Source: an archaeon (GTDB taxonomy: Archaea > EX4484-52 > WAPT01). From it: a stretch of 64,000 nt of DNA. Under the pieces are notes generated by a model. It was not told the DNA's origin. It worked only from the letters and a program-made list of their open reading frames with translations, and did not search any database. Positions within the stretch are counted from its first letter, which is position 1; each line of letters starts with the position of its first letter. Below are positions 39,748-48,709 of this stretch, piece after piece. Position numbers and translations under genes: made by a program. The stretch covers positions 128,001 through 192,000 of the forward strand of contig JAPDKB010000007.1 in the NCBI GenBank assembly GCA_029258795.1, read 5' to 3'.

Positions 39748-40818
39748 TTACGTCGAATCGGGAAGGGTGGTGACACCTTCCACACCCATATCAACAACAT
39801 AAACGCGGGCTGCACATTTTAACAGGGTGTCTCTCACCGCTTCAACAGTATAATCGTCTGCAAGCGCAATCATTATGCCTCCTCCTCCCCCGCCGGACGG
39901 CTTTGCACCGAGCGCTCCAGCAGACAGCGCTGCATTCATTAGCAACTTCAGTTTCTCCGTAACAATCGGCACGAAGTTTTCAAACACCCTGTATTTTTTA
40001 TTCAGAGCCATGCTAATTTCATCCAGCTTCTCGAGCAGCTGAGCGTTTCTGTTCATCAGCTCTCCTAAAGCTACAGCGTCCGCGTTTTTCAGGGCTGAAA
40101 CTCCCTCCTTCACCACACTTTCAATCTCATCAAACACCTCCTCGTATGGCTCTTCCTCCATCTCCCTCAGCTTCTTGATCTCTCCAACCGTGGTTGAAGT
40201 TCTTGCCCTTATCCCCGTATCTCCTATCACAAGGTGAAATACCACATCCCCTTCCACACGTTCCATATCTATCGGGAGCTCTCCAGAAGAGGAGTTGGGT
40301 TTTTTCCTCACAATATGTGTCCCGCCAAAGACGCTTGAAGCAAACTCAGCTCCGCTTGCCGCTCCACCATGAATCTTTTCCTGGAACGGGAGCAGTATTT
40401 CGAGATATCTTTCCTTCGAGATACCCCATCCGTACAGTTCGTTGAGCGCATGAAAGAAAGAAGATAGGAAAGCTGTTGAGCTGCTCAGGCCGCCGGTTGT
40501 GTGAGGAATATCGCTTCTCACGTCTATTCGCACACCATCATCCATACCGTAATGCTCATAACACTCCTCAAGCAACTCCTTGGCAGGCTGGAGCTCTTCC
40601 CCACATATGGAAAATTCAAGCCCATAATCAGTGATTCTTCCGGCAAGATTACCATAACCTGCTGATCCCACAACCACGCTGGTGCTCATGCTTTTCTGAG
40701 CGGTGGTGTATGTTCTCATGCTCACAGCGGTTACTATGGCGGGTCTGTGGTAAACCACAGCATGCTCCCCCATGAAAAAAACGTTGCCCGGAGCGGAAGC
40801 AACGACCTTATCAGGCAT
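39748..40818 (-). CDS. mvk: Mevalonate kinase (GHMP), divergent active site
   Basis: SAPG.V..MGEHAVVY, GLSSS, GAK.SGGGGGG; heads the lower-pathway operon. Confidence 0.82.
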   Translation of the reverse strand: MPDKVVASAPGNVFFMGEHAVVYHRPAIVTAVSMRTYTTAQKSMSTSVVVGSAGYGNLAGRITDYGLEFSICGEELQPAKELLEECYEHYGMDDGVRIDVRSDIPHTTGGLSSSTAFLSSFFHALNELYGWGISKERYLEILLPFQEKIHGGAASGAEFASSVFGGTHIVRKKPNSSSGELPIDMERVEGDVVFHLVIGDTGIRARTSTTVGEIKKLREMEEEPYEEVFDEIESVVKEGVSALKNADAVALGELMNRNAQLLEKLDEISMALNKKYRVFENFVPIVTEKLKLLMNAALSAGALGAKPSGGGGGGIMIALADDYTVEAVRDTLLKCAARVYVVDMGVEGVTTLPDST

Positions 40819-40836
40819 GCAATCAACACCTTTCGA

Positions 40837-40937
40837 TTCGTCATTCGATGAATAAAGTATATTGAGCTTGCAAAAAATTTAAATACTCCTTATTATTAAT
40901 ACTTATTGTCGTAAAAGTAATTCGTCAATTGACTGAA
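40837..40937. promoter_or_regulatory. Divergent promoter region with two related palindromes
   Basis: TTCGTC-N4-GATGAA (40837-40852) and TTCGTC-AATT-GAC(T)GAA (40921-40937) flanking AAAAATTTAAATA. Confidence 0.5.
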
Positions 40938-40948
40938 TAGGTGGTGGG

Positions 40949-41032
40949 ATGAAGGTAAAGATGGCTGAAGTGAACTTTTGGGGCATCAAGATTGTGAGAG
41001 TAAAGCACAGAAAAAATACCAATCATATATGA
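40949..41032 (+). CDS. Putative 27-aa leader ORF (MKVKMAEVNFWGIKIVRVKHRKNTNHI)
   Basis: AGGTGGTGG RBS-like element before ATG; below the ORF-track cutoff. Confidence 0.35.
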   Translation: MKVKMAEVNFWGIKIVRVKHRKNTNHI

Positions 41033-41135
41033 ATTTTTAGCTACGTTGCTGAATTTTGGTTTTGTTTTTCGGTGTTGAATTCCGAGGGGTTGGGTTGAAA
41101 TCTATTTAAATGTTTGAGGAGAGCAGGTAAGGAAT

Positions 41136-42467
41136 ATGAGTGAGGGAAGCAATAAAACAGAAGGAGAAGCGAGCAAGAAAAGCTCGAGGGTGAGCGGGTT
41201 CTACAAGCTGAGCGTTGAGGAAAGGAGAAAGTTCGTGAAGGAGTTTGCCGGGCTTACGGATGATGAGGTAAAGCTTCTTGAAGGCAACGCTCTGCCCATT
41301 GAGCTTGCGGACAAGATGGTTGAGAACGTCATAGGTAAGATGGAGGTGCCTCTTGGTGTTGCGGTCAACTTCCTGATAAACGGAAAGGATTATCTTGTGC
41401 CGATGGCCATAGAGGAGCCGAGCGTGATAGCTGCAGCTTCTTACATGGCCAAGATTGCAAGAGAGAACGGCGGGGTTAAAGCTGAAGCCACCGATCCGAT
41501 CATGATAGGGCAAATACATCTTGCCCACGTGCCTGATTTGGAAAAGGCTAGGGAAGCCATCCTTGCCAGAAAGCAGGAGCTTCTGAAGGTGGCGGAAGCG
41601 CAGGACCCCACTCTCGTGAAGTATGGAGGAGGGCCCGTGGATATAGAGGTTAGAGTTACGGAGCATGAAGATGGTGATAAGTTTCTTGTGGTGCACTTGC
41701 TTGTGAATTGTGCCGATGCCATGGGGGCCAATCTCGTGAACACCATGGTGGAAGCCATTGCGCCAGTTCTGGAGGAGATAACCGGAGGAAAGGCTATCCT
41801 GAAGATCATAAGCAATCTTGCAGCTTACAGAATTGCAAGGGCTGAGGTGAAGATAAGGCCGGAGACGATTGGCGGAGAGGAGGTTGTGGAAAGGATAGTG
41901 CTCGCAAGCAAGATGGCTGAGGCAGATGTTTTCAGGGCTGTGACGCACAACAAGGGCATAATGAACGGAATAACGGCCATAGCACTTGCTACAGGTAATG
42001 ACACAAGAGCGATGGAAGCGGGAGCCCATGGCTATGCCGCTAAAGACGGCAGATACAAACCGCTTGCCATCTGGAGGAAGGATGAAGATGGCAATTTAGT
42101 GGGGAGGATAGAGATCCCGATTCAGGCAGGCATAGTGGGTGGTGCAACTCGCGTGCATCCCATGGCCAAGCTCAACCTGAAGATTCTTGGTGTTAAGAGT
42201 GCGAGAGAGCTTGCGGAGGTCATGGCTGCTGTGGGCCTGCTTCAGAATCTCGCTGCCATAAGGGCCATAGCAACTGAAGGCATACAGCGCGGCCACATGG
42301 AGCTGCATGCCAGAAACCTAGCCATAATGGCTGGAGCTGACGCTAGCAAAGCTGATGAGATAGCTGAAAGGGCTGTGGAGGAGGCCAGAAAGGAGGGGAG
42401 GAAGATAACGATGGATTTGGTCAGGGAGGTCATGAAAGAGATGGGGCTGGAGGTTCGGGAGAGTTGA
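41136..42467 (+). CDS. mvaA: HMG-CoA reductase, class II
   Basis: ENVIG, EEPSV, DAMGAN, THNKG, GNDTRA, GHM.LH. Confidence 0.95.
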   Translation: MSEGSNKTEGEASKKSSRVSGFYKLSVEERRKFVKEFAGLTDDEVKLLEGNALPIELADKMVENVIGKMEVPLGVAVNFLINGKDYLVPMAIEEPSVIAAASYMAKIARENGGVKAEATDPIMIGQIHLAHVPDLEKAREAILARKQELLKVAEAQDPTLVKYGGGPVDIEVRVTEHEDGDKFLVVHLLVNCADAMGANLVNTMVEAIAPVLEEITGGKAILKIISNLAAYRIARAEVKIRPETIGGEEVVERIVLASKMAEADVFRAVTHNKGIMNGITAIALATGNDTRAMEAGAHGYAAKDGRYKPLAIWRKDEDGNLVGRIEIPIQAGIVGGATRVHPMAKLNLKILGVKSARELAEVMAAVGLLQNLAAIRAIATEGIQRGHMELHARNLAIMAGADASKADEIAERAVEEARKEGRKITMDLVREVMKEMGLEVRES

Positions 42468-42495
42468 GATGCTCTGCTCGGGGTGTGGCTGTGCT

Positions 42496-43548
42496 ATGAA
42501 GCTGGACGGTAAGGTCGGCATAGTTGGCTACGGATGTTATGTTCCGATGTACAGAATAAAGGTGGAGGAAATTGCAAGTGTGTGGGGGGAGGATGCTTCA
42601 CGCATAAAGAACGGATTGCTTGTTGAAGAGAAAGCTATAGCAGGAGATGATGAGGATACTGCCACTATAGCTGTGGAAGCCGCAAGGAATGCGATTAAGC
42701 GAGCCAGCATAGCTCCGGAGCAGATAGGGGCCATTTATGTGGGGAGCGAAAGCCACCCGTATGTCGTGAAGCCCACCGCCACGATAGTTGGGGAAGCTCT
42801 CGGCGTTGGTAATGATTACACTGCCGCCGATCTTGAGTTTGCCTGCAAGGCCGGGACGGCAGGCATTCAGATGTGCCTCGGGCTTGTGAAAGCCGGCATG
42901 ATAGATTACGGCTTAGCGATCGGGGCTGACACCGCTCAGGGTGCTCCCGGAGATGCGCTTGAATACACCGCTGCAAGCGGTGGAGCTGCTTTCGTCATAG
43001 GCAGGAAGGATGTGCTTGCAAAGGTTCTTGCAACAGCTTCATTTTCCTCAGACACTCCTGACTTCTGGAGGAGGCCGTTTCAGCACTATCCGAGGCACGC
43101 AGCAAGATTTACCGGAGCGCCCGCTTATTTCAGGCATGTTGGTGGAGCTGTCAACTTTCTGCTCGAGGAAATGGGAATGAAAGCAAACGAGTTCGATCAT
43201 GTTGTGTTCCACATGCCGAACGGCAAGTTCCCGCTTAGAATGGCGAAGATGCTCGGCATAGAAAAGGATAAGCTTGAGAATGGATTCGTGGTGAGCAAGG
43301 TTGGTAACACATACTCGGGAAGCAGCTTGCTTGGATTGTGTGCCACGCTGGACAAGGCAAAGCCGGGAGAGCTGATCCTGCTCGCATCTTTCGGAAGCGG
43401 TGCTGGAAGCGATGCTTTCGCGATAGAAGTGACGGAGCTCATAGAGGAAAAGAGGGAACTGGCACCTACCTTTGAATACTATCTGAACAGGAAGGTTTAC
43501 GTGAGCTATGCGAGATATGCTAAAATGAGGGGCAAGCTGAAGGAATAG
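42496..43548 (+). CDS. mvaS: HMG-CoA synthase (archaeal type)
   Basis: GSESHPY, EFACKAG, FHMPN, GNTYSG. Confidence 0.95.
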   Translation: MKLDGKVGIVGYGCYVPMYRIKVEEIASVWGEDASRIKNGLLVEEKAIAGDDEDTATIAVEAARNAIKRASIAPEQIGAIYVGSESHPYVVKPTATIVGEALGVGNDYTAADLEFACKAGTAGIQMCLGLVKAGMIDYGLAIGADTAQGAPGDALEYTAASGGAAFVIGRKDVLAKVLATASFSSDTPDFWRRPFQHYPRHAARFTGAPAYFRHVGGAVNFLLEEMGMKANEFDHVVFHMPNGKFPLRMAKMLGIEKDKLENGFVVSKVGNTYSGSSLLGLCATLDKAKPGELILLASFGSGAGSDAFAIEVTELIEEKRELAPTFEYYLNRKVYVSYARYAKMRGKLKE

Positions 43549-43571
43549 AAAGTTAGTGATGGTCGGTTGTT

Positions 43572-44735
43572 ATGGCAAAAAAGGTCTGCGTTGTTGGTGT
43601 TGGCCTGACAAAGTTCGGAGAACACTGGGACAGGGGCTTCAGAGAGCTTGCCATAGAAGCTGGAGTGAAAGCCATAGAGGATGCTGGCATAAGCGGTAAG
43701 GACATAGATGCCATGTACATAGGTAACATGTCCGGCGGCAGGTTCATAGGGCAGGAGCACATAGCTTCACTCATTGCTGGAGAGTTAGGACTTAACATTC
43801 CATCAACAAGGGTGGAGGCAGCATGCGCTTCCGGTGGCCTCGCGGTTAGGCAGGCTTACCTAGCTGTGCTTTCCGGAAAGCATGATATCGTGCTGGTCGG
43901 TGGAGTAGAAAAGATGACCGATCTGAGCACGGCTGATGTCACCACAACTCTTGCCGGAGCAGCCGATCAGGAGTGGGAAGGGTATTATGGAGCAACGTTT
44001 CCCGGTCTTTACGCCCTGATGGCCAGAAGACACATGTACGAATATGGCACCACAAGAGAGCAGCTTGCTCTCGTGGCTGTTAAGAATCATGAGAATGCAA
44101 CGAAGAATCCCATAGCGCAGTATCCGTTCAGGATAACGGTTGAGGATGTGATCAACTCCACTCCGGTTGCTGAGCCGCTCAACCTTCTGGATTGCTCTCC
44201 AATAACTGATGGTGCAGCTGCGGTGATTGTTTGTAGCGAAGAGGTTGCCAAGAAACTTACGGATAAGCTGGTGTATATAGCTGGGAGCGGGCATGCCACC
44301 GATACTCTTGCGCTGCATGACAGGGAAAGCTTGACAGAGATAAAGGCAACGAGGCTTGCTGCAAAGATGGCTTATGAGGAAGCAGGCATAAGGCCAAGAG
44401 ATGTGGATGTTGCCGAGGTGCACGATTGCTTCACCATAGCTGAGATAATGGCCATAGAGGATCTGGGATTTGTGGAGAAGGGAAAGGGCGGGAAGTTCGT
44501 TGAAGATGGTGAAACTAAGCTTGATGGTTCGATTCCGGTTAACACTTCCGGAGGGTTGAAAGCATGCGGGCATCCCGTTGGTGCAACGGGAGTCAAGCAG
44601 ATATCTGAGATCGTGCTGCAGCTGAGGGGTGAAGCCGGGGAGAGGCAGGTGAAGGATGCGAGGATAGGGCTTGCGCACAACGTTGGAGGGAGCGGAGCAA
44701 CTGCTGTGGTGCATATTTTGGAGAGAGGATGGTGA
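43572..44735 (+). CDS. Acetoacetyl-CoA thiolase (archaeal)
   Basis: [29 protein letters not shown]. Confidence 0.95.
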   Translation: MAKKVCVVGVGLTKFGEHWDRGFRELAIEAGVKAIEDAGISGKDIDAMYIGNMSGGRFIGQEHIASLIAGELGLNIPSTRVEAACASGGLAVRQAYLAVLSGKHDIVLVGGVEKMTDLSTADVTTTLAGAADQEWEGYYGATFPGLYALMARRHMYEYGTTREQLALVAVKNHENATKNPIAQYPFRITVEDVINSTPVAEPLNLLDCSPITDGAAAVIVCSEEVAKKLTDKLVYIAGSGHATDTLALHDRESLTEIKATRLAAKMAYEEAGIRPRDVDVAEVHDCFTIAEIMAIEDLGFVEKGKGGKFVEDGETKLDGSIPVNTSGGLKACGHPVGATGVKQISEIVLQLRGEAGERQVKDARIGLAHNVGGSGATAVVHILERGW

Positions 44736-44753
44736 AGTTAAGGGTGAGTTGAG

Positions 44754-45155
44754 ATGCCTCACAGATCGAGCGTGCCTCTTGCATGGCGAAGGTTTGAAGC
44801 CAGATACAGACTGGTGGGTAACAGGTGTGCAAACTGCGGGACTGTTTATTTCCCTCCCAAAGCCATATGCCCCAAGTGCAGGAGGAAGGGCAAACTGGAG
44901 AAGTGTCAGCTTAAAGGCGAGGGCAAGGTATATTCCTACACCATAATTCACGCTGCTCCATCTGGCTTTGAAAAACGCGTGCCTTACTGTATAGCCATAA
45001 TCGAGCTGGATGAAGGGCCGCGCGTTATGGGAGAGGTTGTGGGTGATCTTGCTCTGCTTGACATTGGCGCGAGGGTAAGAGCTGTGTTCCGCAAGATTTA
45101 CGAGGATGGAGAAGATGGTATAATCCACTATGGATTGAAGTGGGAGCTTGTTTAG
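44754..45155 (+). CDS. DUF35 Zn-ribbon/OB scaffold of the thiolase-HMGS complex
   Basis: CANCG..FPP...CPKC, G.VYSYT, YG.K. Confidence 0.92.
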   Translation: MPHRSSVPLAWRRFEARYRLVGNRCANCGTVYFPPKAICPKCRRKGKLEKCQLKGEGKVYSYTIIHAAPSGFEKRVPYCIAIIELDEGPRVMGEVVGDLALLDIGARVRAVFRKIYEDGEDGIIHYGLKWELV

Positions 45156-45165
45156 GGTTGTTTCA

Positions 45166-45657
45166 ATGAACCTTGAGAATGAATTGAGAGACCTCCTCTG
45201 GAGCCAGCTGGGAGTTGATTCCGTCAATCTGTATTTTATGGTTCTTGCACACAGGGAAAACACAGATATTCTGGAAGTAAGGTTCAGTGTGAACAAAGAG
45301 GAATTCCATTTTCTACAGGAAAAGCTGAGAGAAATGAGTGAGGAATGTCAGCTATCCCTGCTGAAATACGACAGTCTTGGTGTGCTGAATGATGAGGGAA
45401 ACGAGTATCTCTGTGTTGCTGCCTTCGGTTTTCCTCCGGAGAGTGGTTTTTGGCATGAGCTTGTGAAAAAAATAGGGAAAAAATACGAGCTAGAATCATT
45501 CGCTGTCCACCATCCTATGGACTATTCATCGATTAAAAACAAGATTGACGGGGCAGGAACTTTGCTGGAGCATGTGGAAAAGGAGCCAGAAAAGGTTTAC
45601 AGAGCCATGATTAAAGCAGCATTCTACGATTTAAGATCATTTTATGAAGAAGAATAA
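45166..45657 (+). CDS. Hypothetical protein ending the upper-MVA operon
   Basis: ORF immediately after DUF35; beta-alpha-beta-beta-alpha-beta-like pattern. Confidence 0.65.
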   Translation: MNLENELRDLLWSQLGVDSVNLYFMVLAHRENTDILEVRFSVNKEEFHFLQEKLREMSEECQLSLLKYDSLGVLNDEGNEYLCVAAFGFPPESGFWHELVKKIGKKYELESFAVHHPMDYSSIKNKIDGAGTLLEHVEKEPEKVYRAMIKAAFYDLRSFYEEE

Positions 45658-45672
45658 AGAAGTGGGCGGGTA

Positions 45673-46917
45673 TCACCCCTCAAGCGGGCAGTACTCGAAT
45701 CTGCTCGTGAGCTTGTTGAGCTTCTTCTTCAGGCCGTTCCAGATCCTTGAAGCTCCGCTCTTTATGCTGTCCTTGTACTTCACCAGCTTCTCCTCAGCCC
45801 ACAGTCCGGCCATACCGCCAAGTACTGCTCCTGCAGCTGTTGGAGCCGCGTGTGGGTAATAGGTAGCTTTTCCTGTTATCAGATTGTTTATCGCTGTCAT
45901 AAAGGTATCGGGATCTTCAAGAGCCCTCAGGACGGTAGCAGTAATAGCAGCATAAGCAGCAGCCTTAGCAATCTTGTCCTTGTTGTCCTTCACGAAACGA
46001 TATATATCATTGGCAAGATTCTCACTGTACTTCACATGCTTGAAAGCACCATCGTCCATGCCCCAGCTCTCAAGCATTCTCTTTCTCTGCACGCCGAATT
46101 TTTTGAGCTCTTTTCCGTAGTTCTGTTTGAGGTAGTCGTAACCCTTCGCATGGGCAACAACATCGAAGGCTGCTTCGAGCACAAACGGATCTATCTCATC
46201 CGCTCCTGACCTGTACATCTTTATTATTTCCTCCGCTTTCTTGGAATCCCATCTTCCGGCGAGCTTTTTAATGCCCCTGTTCTCGAAGTTGTTCTTGAGC
46301 GCACCCCTGTAAAATGCATAATATTTTGCGCCCTTCACAAGGTCATCTTCATATCTAGGGTCTTTTACATGCTCATCTTCATCTTCGTAACTCCCGTGAA
46401 TTATTTCTCTTGGATGGATTGCTTGGTCATAGTTCCATTCCTTGACCCCTCTGGTTACATAAGGTTCTCCATCATGAGGAACTCCTTCATCTCTTTCATT
46501 TTTTTCTTCACTTACGTCCCCAGCTTCACCAACTGTATCAATGCCGTACTTGCTGAAATCAACAACAATATCATCAACATAATTATCATTATCACGTTCT
46601 ATTGCATCAATCCCTGCTTCACGAAGGCTAAGCTTCGCAATATAATTCCTAATCACGTCTTTCTCATGGAGTTTAACAACGTAATTCAACACCTTCTTTT
46701 TTGCGTCATCGCTTATTCGCATGCTTTTAAGTTCTTTTTCAAGAGCGCCAAGATCTTCATATCCTTTTTCCAGAAAATCCCGAATGTATTTTTCAACTTT
46801 CTTAAATGTCGCGACACCAGCACCCTCTATTCCATTTATTATTCTTTTTTTCACATCACCAATTAGCGCACGATACACCATATCTTTCATATCACCACAC
46901 ATCATAACAGCCATCAC
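45673..46917 (-). CDS. Hypothetical protein with C-terminal hydrophobic/Gly-zipper segments
   Basis: 414-aa ORF; GAGGTG RBS; AAGAVLGGMAG. Confidence 0.75.
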   Translation of the reverse strand: MMAVMMCGDMKDMVYRALIGDVKKRIINGIEGAGVATFKKVEKYIRDFLEKGYEDLGALEKELKSMRISDDAKKKVLNYVVKLHEKDVIRNYIAKLSLREAGIDAIERDNDNYVDDIVVDFSKYGIDTVGEAGDVSEEKNERDEGVPHDGEPYVTRGVKEWNYDQAIHPREIIHGSYEDEDEHVKDPRYEDDLVKGAKYYAFYRGALKNNFENRGIKKLAGRWDSKKAEEIIKMYRSGADEIDPFVLEAAFDVVAHAKGYDYLKQNYGKELKKFGVQRKRMLESWGMDDGAFKHVKYSENLANDIYRFVKDNKDKIAKAAAYAAITATVLRALEDPDTFMTAINNLITGKATYYPHAAPTAAGAVLGGMAGLWAEEKLVKYKDSIKSGASRIWNGLKKKLNKLTSRFEYCPLEG

Positions 46918-47026
46918 CTCATTTTCAATTTTTTGTTACTCTTTAGTAATAACTTTTAAAATATTTAAATCTTTCGGTGAGAACTCCGATCGCGTTTTGA
47001 TAATATTGAAGAAAAGGTATTCAGAA

Positions 47027-47061
47027 GGCCGGAGAGGACGTACCGCTCTTCCGTCCCCGGC
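47027..47061 (-). terminator. GC-rich hairpin downstream of the TSUP gene
   Basis: GCCGG..GGACG/CGTCC.CCGGC stem followed on the minus strand by a pyrimidine tract. Confidence 0.4.
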
Positions 47062-47112
47062 TTCCATAGATGTTTTGTTTCCGTGTATTGTTTCTTAACA
47101 CCACTTCACATC

Positions 47113-47940
47113 TCACACAGGCAGACCGAGCCAGGAGAAAACTCCTATCATCTTCAGCCCCATGTAAACCATGACCGCAATGAAAATCCATTTAAGCCCG
47201 TGAGGGTGTATTTTGTGCGCTAAATGCGCTCCAACCTGTGCCATTGGAATGCTCGTGCCTGCCAGCAAAATCCACTGCAAAAGGTTGACATAGCCGATGG
47301 AGTAAGGAGGCAGGCCCTGCATGCCAAGCCCGTAAAGCATGTACGCTATCGCTCCTCCCAAGCTGGTAAAAACCATTACAGCCGTTGAGGTGGCAACAGC
47401 TTCATGCATGTGATAGTTCAGAAATATTACCATCAGGGGAACCATAAGCACGCCGCCGCCTATCCCTATTAGCCCTGTAACAAAACCGAAAATCATGCCG
47501 AGCAAAACATAGGTTAAGGGGTTTGCGTGCGGCTCACCGTGAACTCTTATTGGATGAGCGGTCGCCATTCTGAGAGCGCCCAACAAAATTGCAGAGCCGA
47601 AAATAGTTTTGAGAATGTTTCCCGGCAAGTTGCTCGCAATCCAAGCTCCTGCAAAGGTGAAGGGAATGCTCGTTAAACCGAGAATTACTCCCTGCTTCCA
47701 GAGCACGGCGCTTTTTTTATGATGCCTTAAAGATCCGCTCAGCGCGGTAGGGAACACAACCAGCAGATTTGTTCCGAAGGCAACTCTTATAGCTATGGTC
47801 GGATCTATTCCCATAGCTGTAAGAATCCAGTACTGCACGGGAATCATTATGAAGCAGCCGCCAACCCCAAGCATTCCCGACACCAGGCCGACGAGAGCTC
47901 CTGTCAGCAGTAAAGCCAAGACGTACGTTAATGCTATCAT
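47113..47940 (-). CDS. TSUP / sulfite exporter TauE-SafE family
   Basis: Two G..G.GGG...P repeats, about 8 TMs. Confidence 0.92.
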   Translation of the reverse strand: MIALTYVLALLLTGALVGLVSGMLGVGGCFIMIPVQYWILTAMGIDPTIAIRVAFGTNLLVVFPTALSGSLRHHKKSAVLWKQGVILGLTSIPFTFAGAWIASNLPGNILKTIFGSAILLGALRMATAHPIRVHGEPHANPLTYVLLGMIFGFVTGLIGIGGGVLMVPLMVIFLNYHMHEAVATSTAVMVFTSLGGAIAYMLYGLGMQGLPPYSIGYVNLLQWILLAGTSIPMAQVGAHLAHKIHPHGLKWIFIAVMVYMGLKMIGVFSWLGLPV

Positions 47941-48515
47941 CTTTCATCACCTCCTTCCATCGAAAGCATAACATTTTCTCTTGCTTTTGCTACAATACCG
48001 TATTTTTTCAGGAGCGATTGAACGAATTCTCTCCTGTTTTTCTGCGGGAACGAGATTGCCTCTGCAGGACAGTAAACTCCGCAGTTATCACAGCCCACCA
48101 TGCAGTTGTAGGGATTTCTGACCTCCGATTTGTTCTTCCGGGCGTCGAATTCGAAAACACCTCTTCCACATATTGCAACGCACATACCGCAACCGGTGCA
48201 CTTCTCTTCATCGATTATCGGATACCATTCCATCTCTTTCCTGTCGATTCCCCACCACTTCGAAAAATCGGCCTTTGACAAAATTTTCCTAACTTTAGGA
48301 TCCGCGAGCCTGTAATAAACACTCCGCCCCTCTCTTCTTGATTTAACAATTCCCAGATTCTCGAGCTTTGCAAGCTGGATCGAAACGGTCGGCTGGCTCC
48401 TCTTCGTAAGCGGAACAATCTCGCACACGCACTTTTCTCCGTCGAGAAGAGATTCAACAATCTTTAATCTGGTTTCATCGCTCAACGCTTTGAAGATTCT
48501 CAGCATTTCTTTCAT
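47937..48515 (-). CDS. ArsR/SmtB wHTH fused to a 2[4Fe-4S] ferredoxin
   Basis: FKALSDETRL, EKCVCEI, SQPTVS; then CTGCGMCVAIC and CMVGCDNCGVYCP. Confidence 0.88.
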   Translation of the reverse strand: MKEMLRIFKALSDETRLKIVESLLDGEKCVCEIVPLTKRSQPTVSIQLAKLENLGIVKSRREGRSVYYRLADPKVRKILSKADFSKWWGIDRKEMEWYPIIDEEKCTGCGMCVAICGRGVFEFDARKNKSEVRNPYNCMVGCDNCGVYCPAEAISFPQKNRREFVQSLLKKYGIVAKARENVMLSMEGGDER

Positions 48516-48709
48516 GTTGGACGTATTGATGAACATAAATATATAAAGTTTATGGCCCCGTGGAAACCCCGGAACTACCAGACAGAGAACATCTTGGAGT
48601 TCAAATTTTAGCAAAAACAGTTATGGAAGCACCTCGAAAATATGCGAAGCCCTGAGCACGGTGAACCGCGTATCCGCTGTTATGTGACATGACTTTCAAC
48701 TTCTCGCTT

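Noticed and set aside
43860-45296. 478-aa antisense ORF (and similar shadow ORFs at 36557, 41106, 53242, 58355)
   Set aside because: Antisense to well-supported genes, with non-protein-like composition.
34056-47038. 12-bp direct repeat GGCCGGAGAGGA (34056-34067 and 47027-47038) bracketing the MVA cluster, loosely like a tRNA 3' end (att site)
   Set aside because: 12-mer repeats are expected by chance in 64 kb; no integrase and no full tRNA; the interval includes the core gene trm56.
47027-47061. Hairpin with GAA/A resembling an archaeal SECIS
   Set aside because: Apical part too short for the 3-bp GC stem, and no in-frame UGA seen in neighbouring genes.
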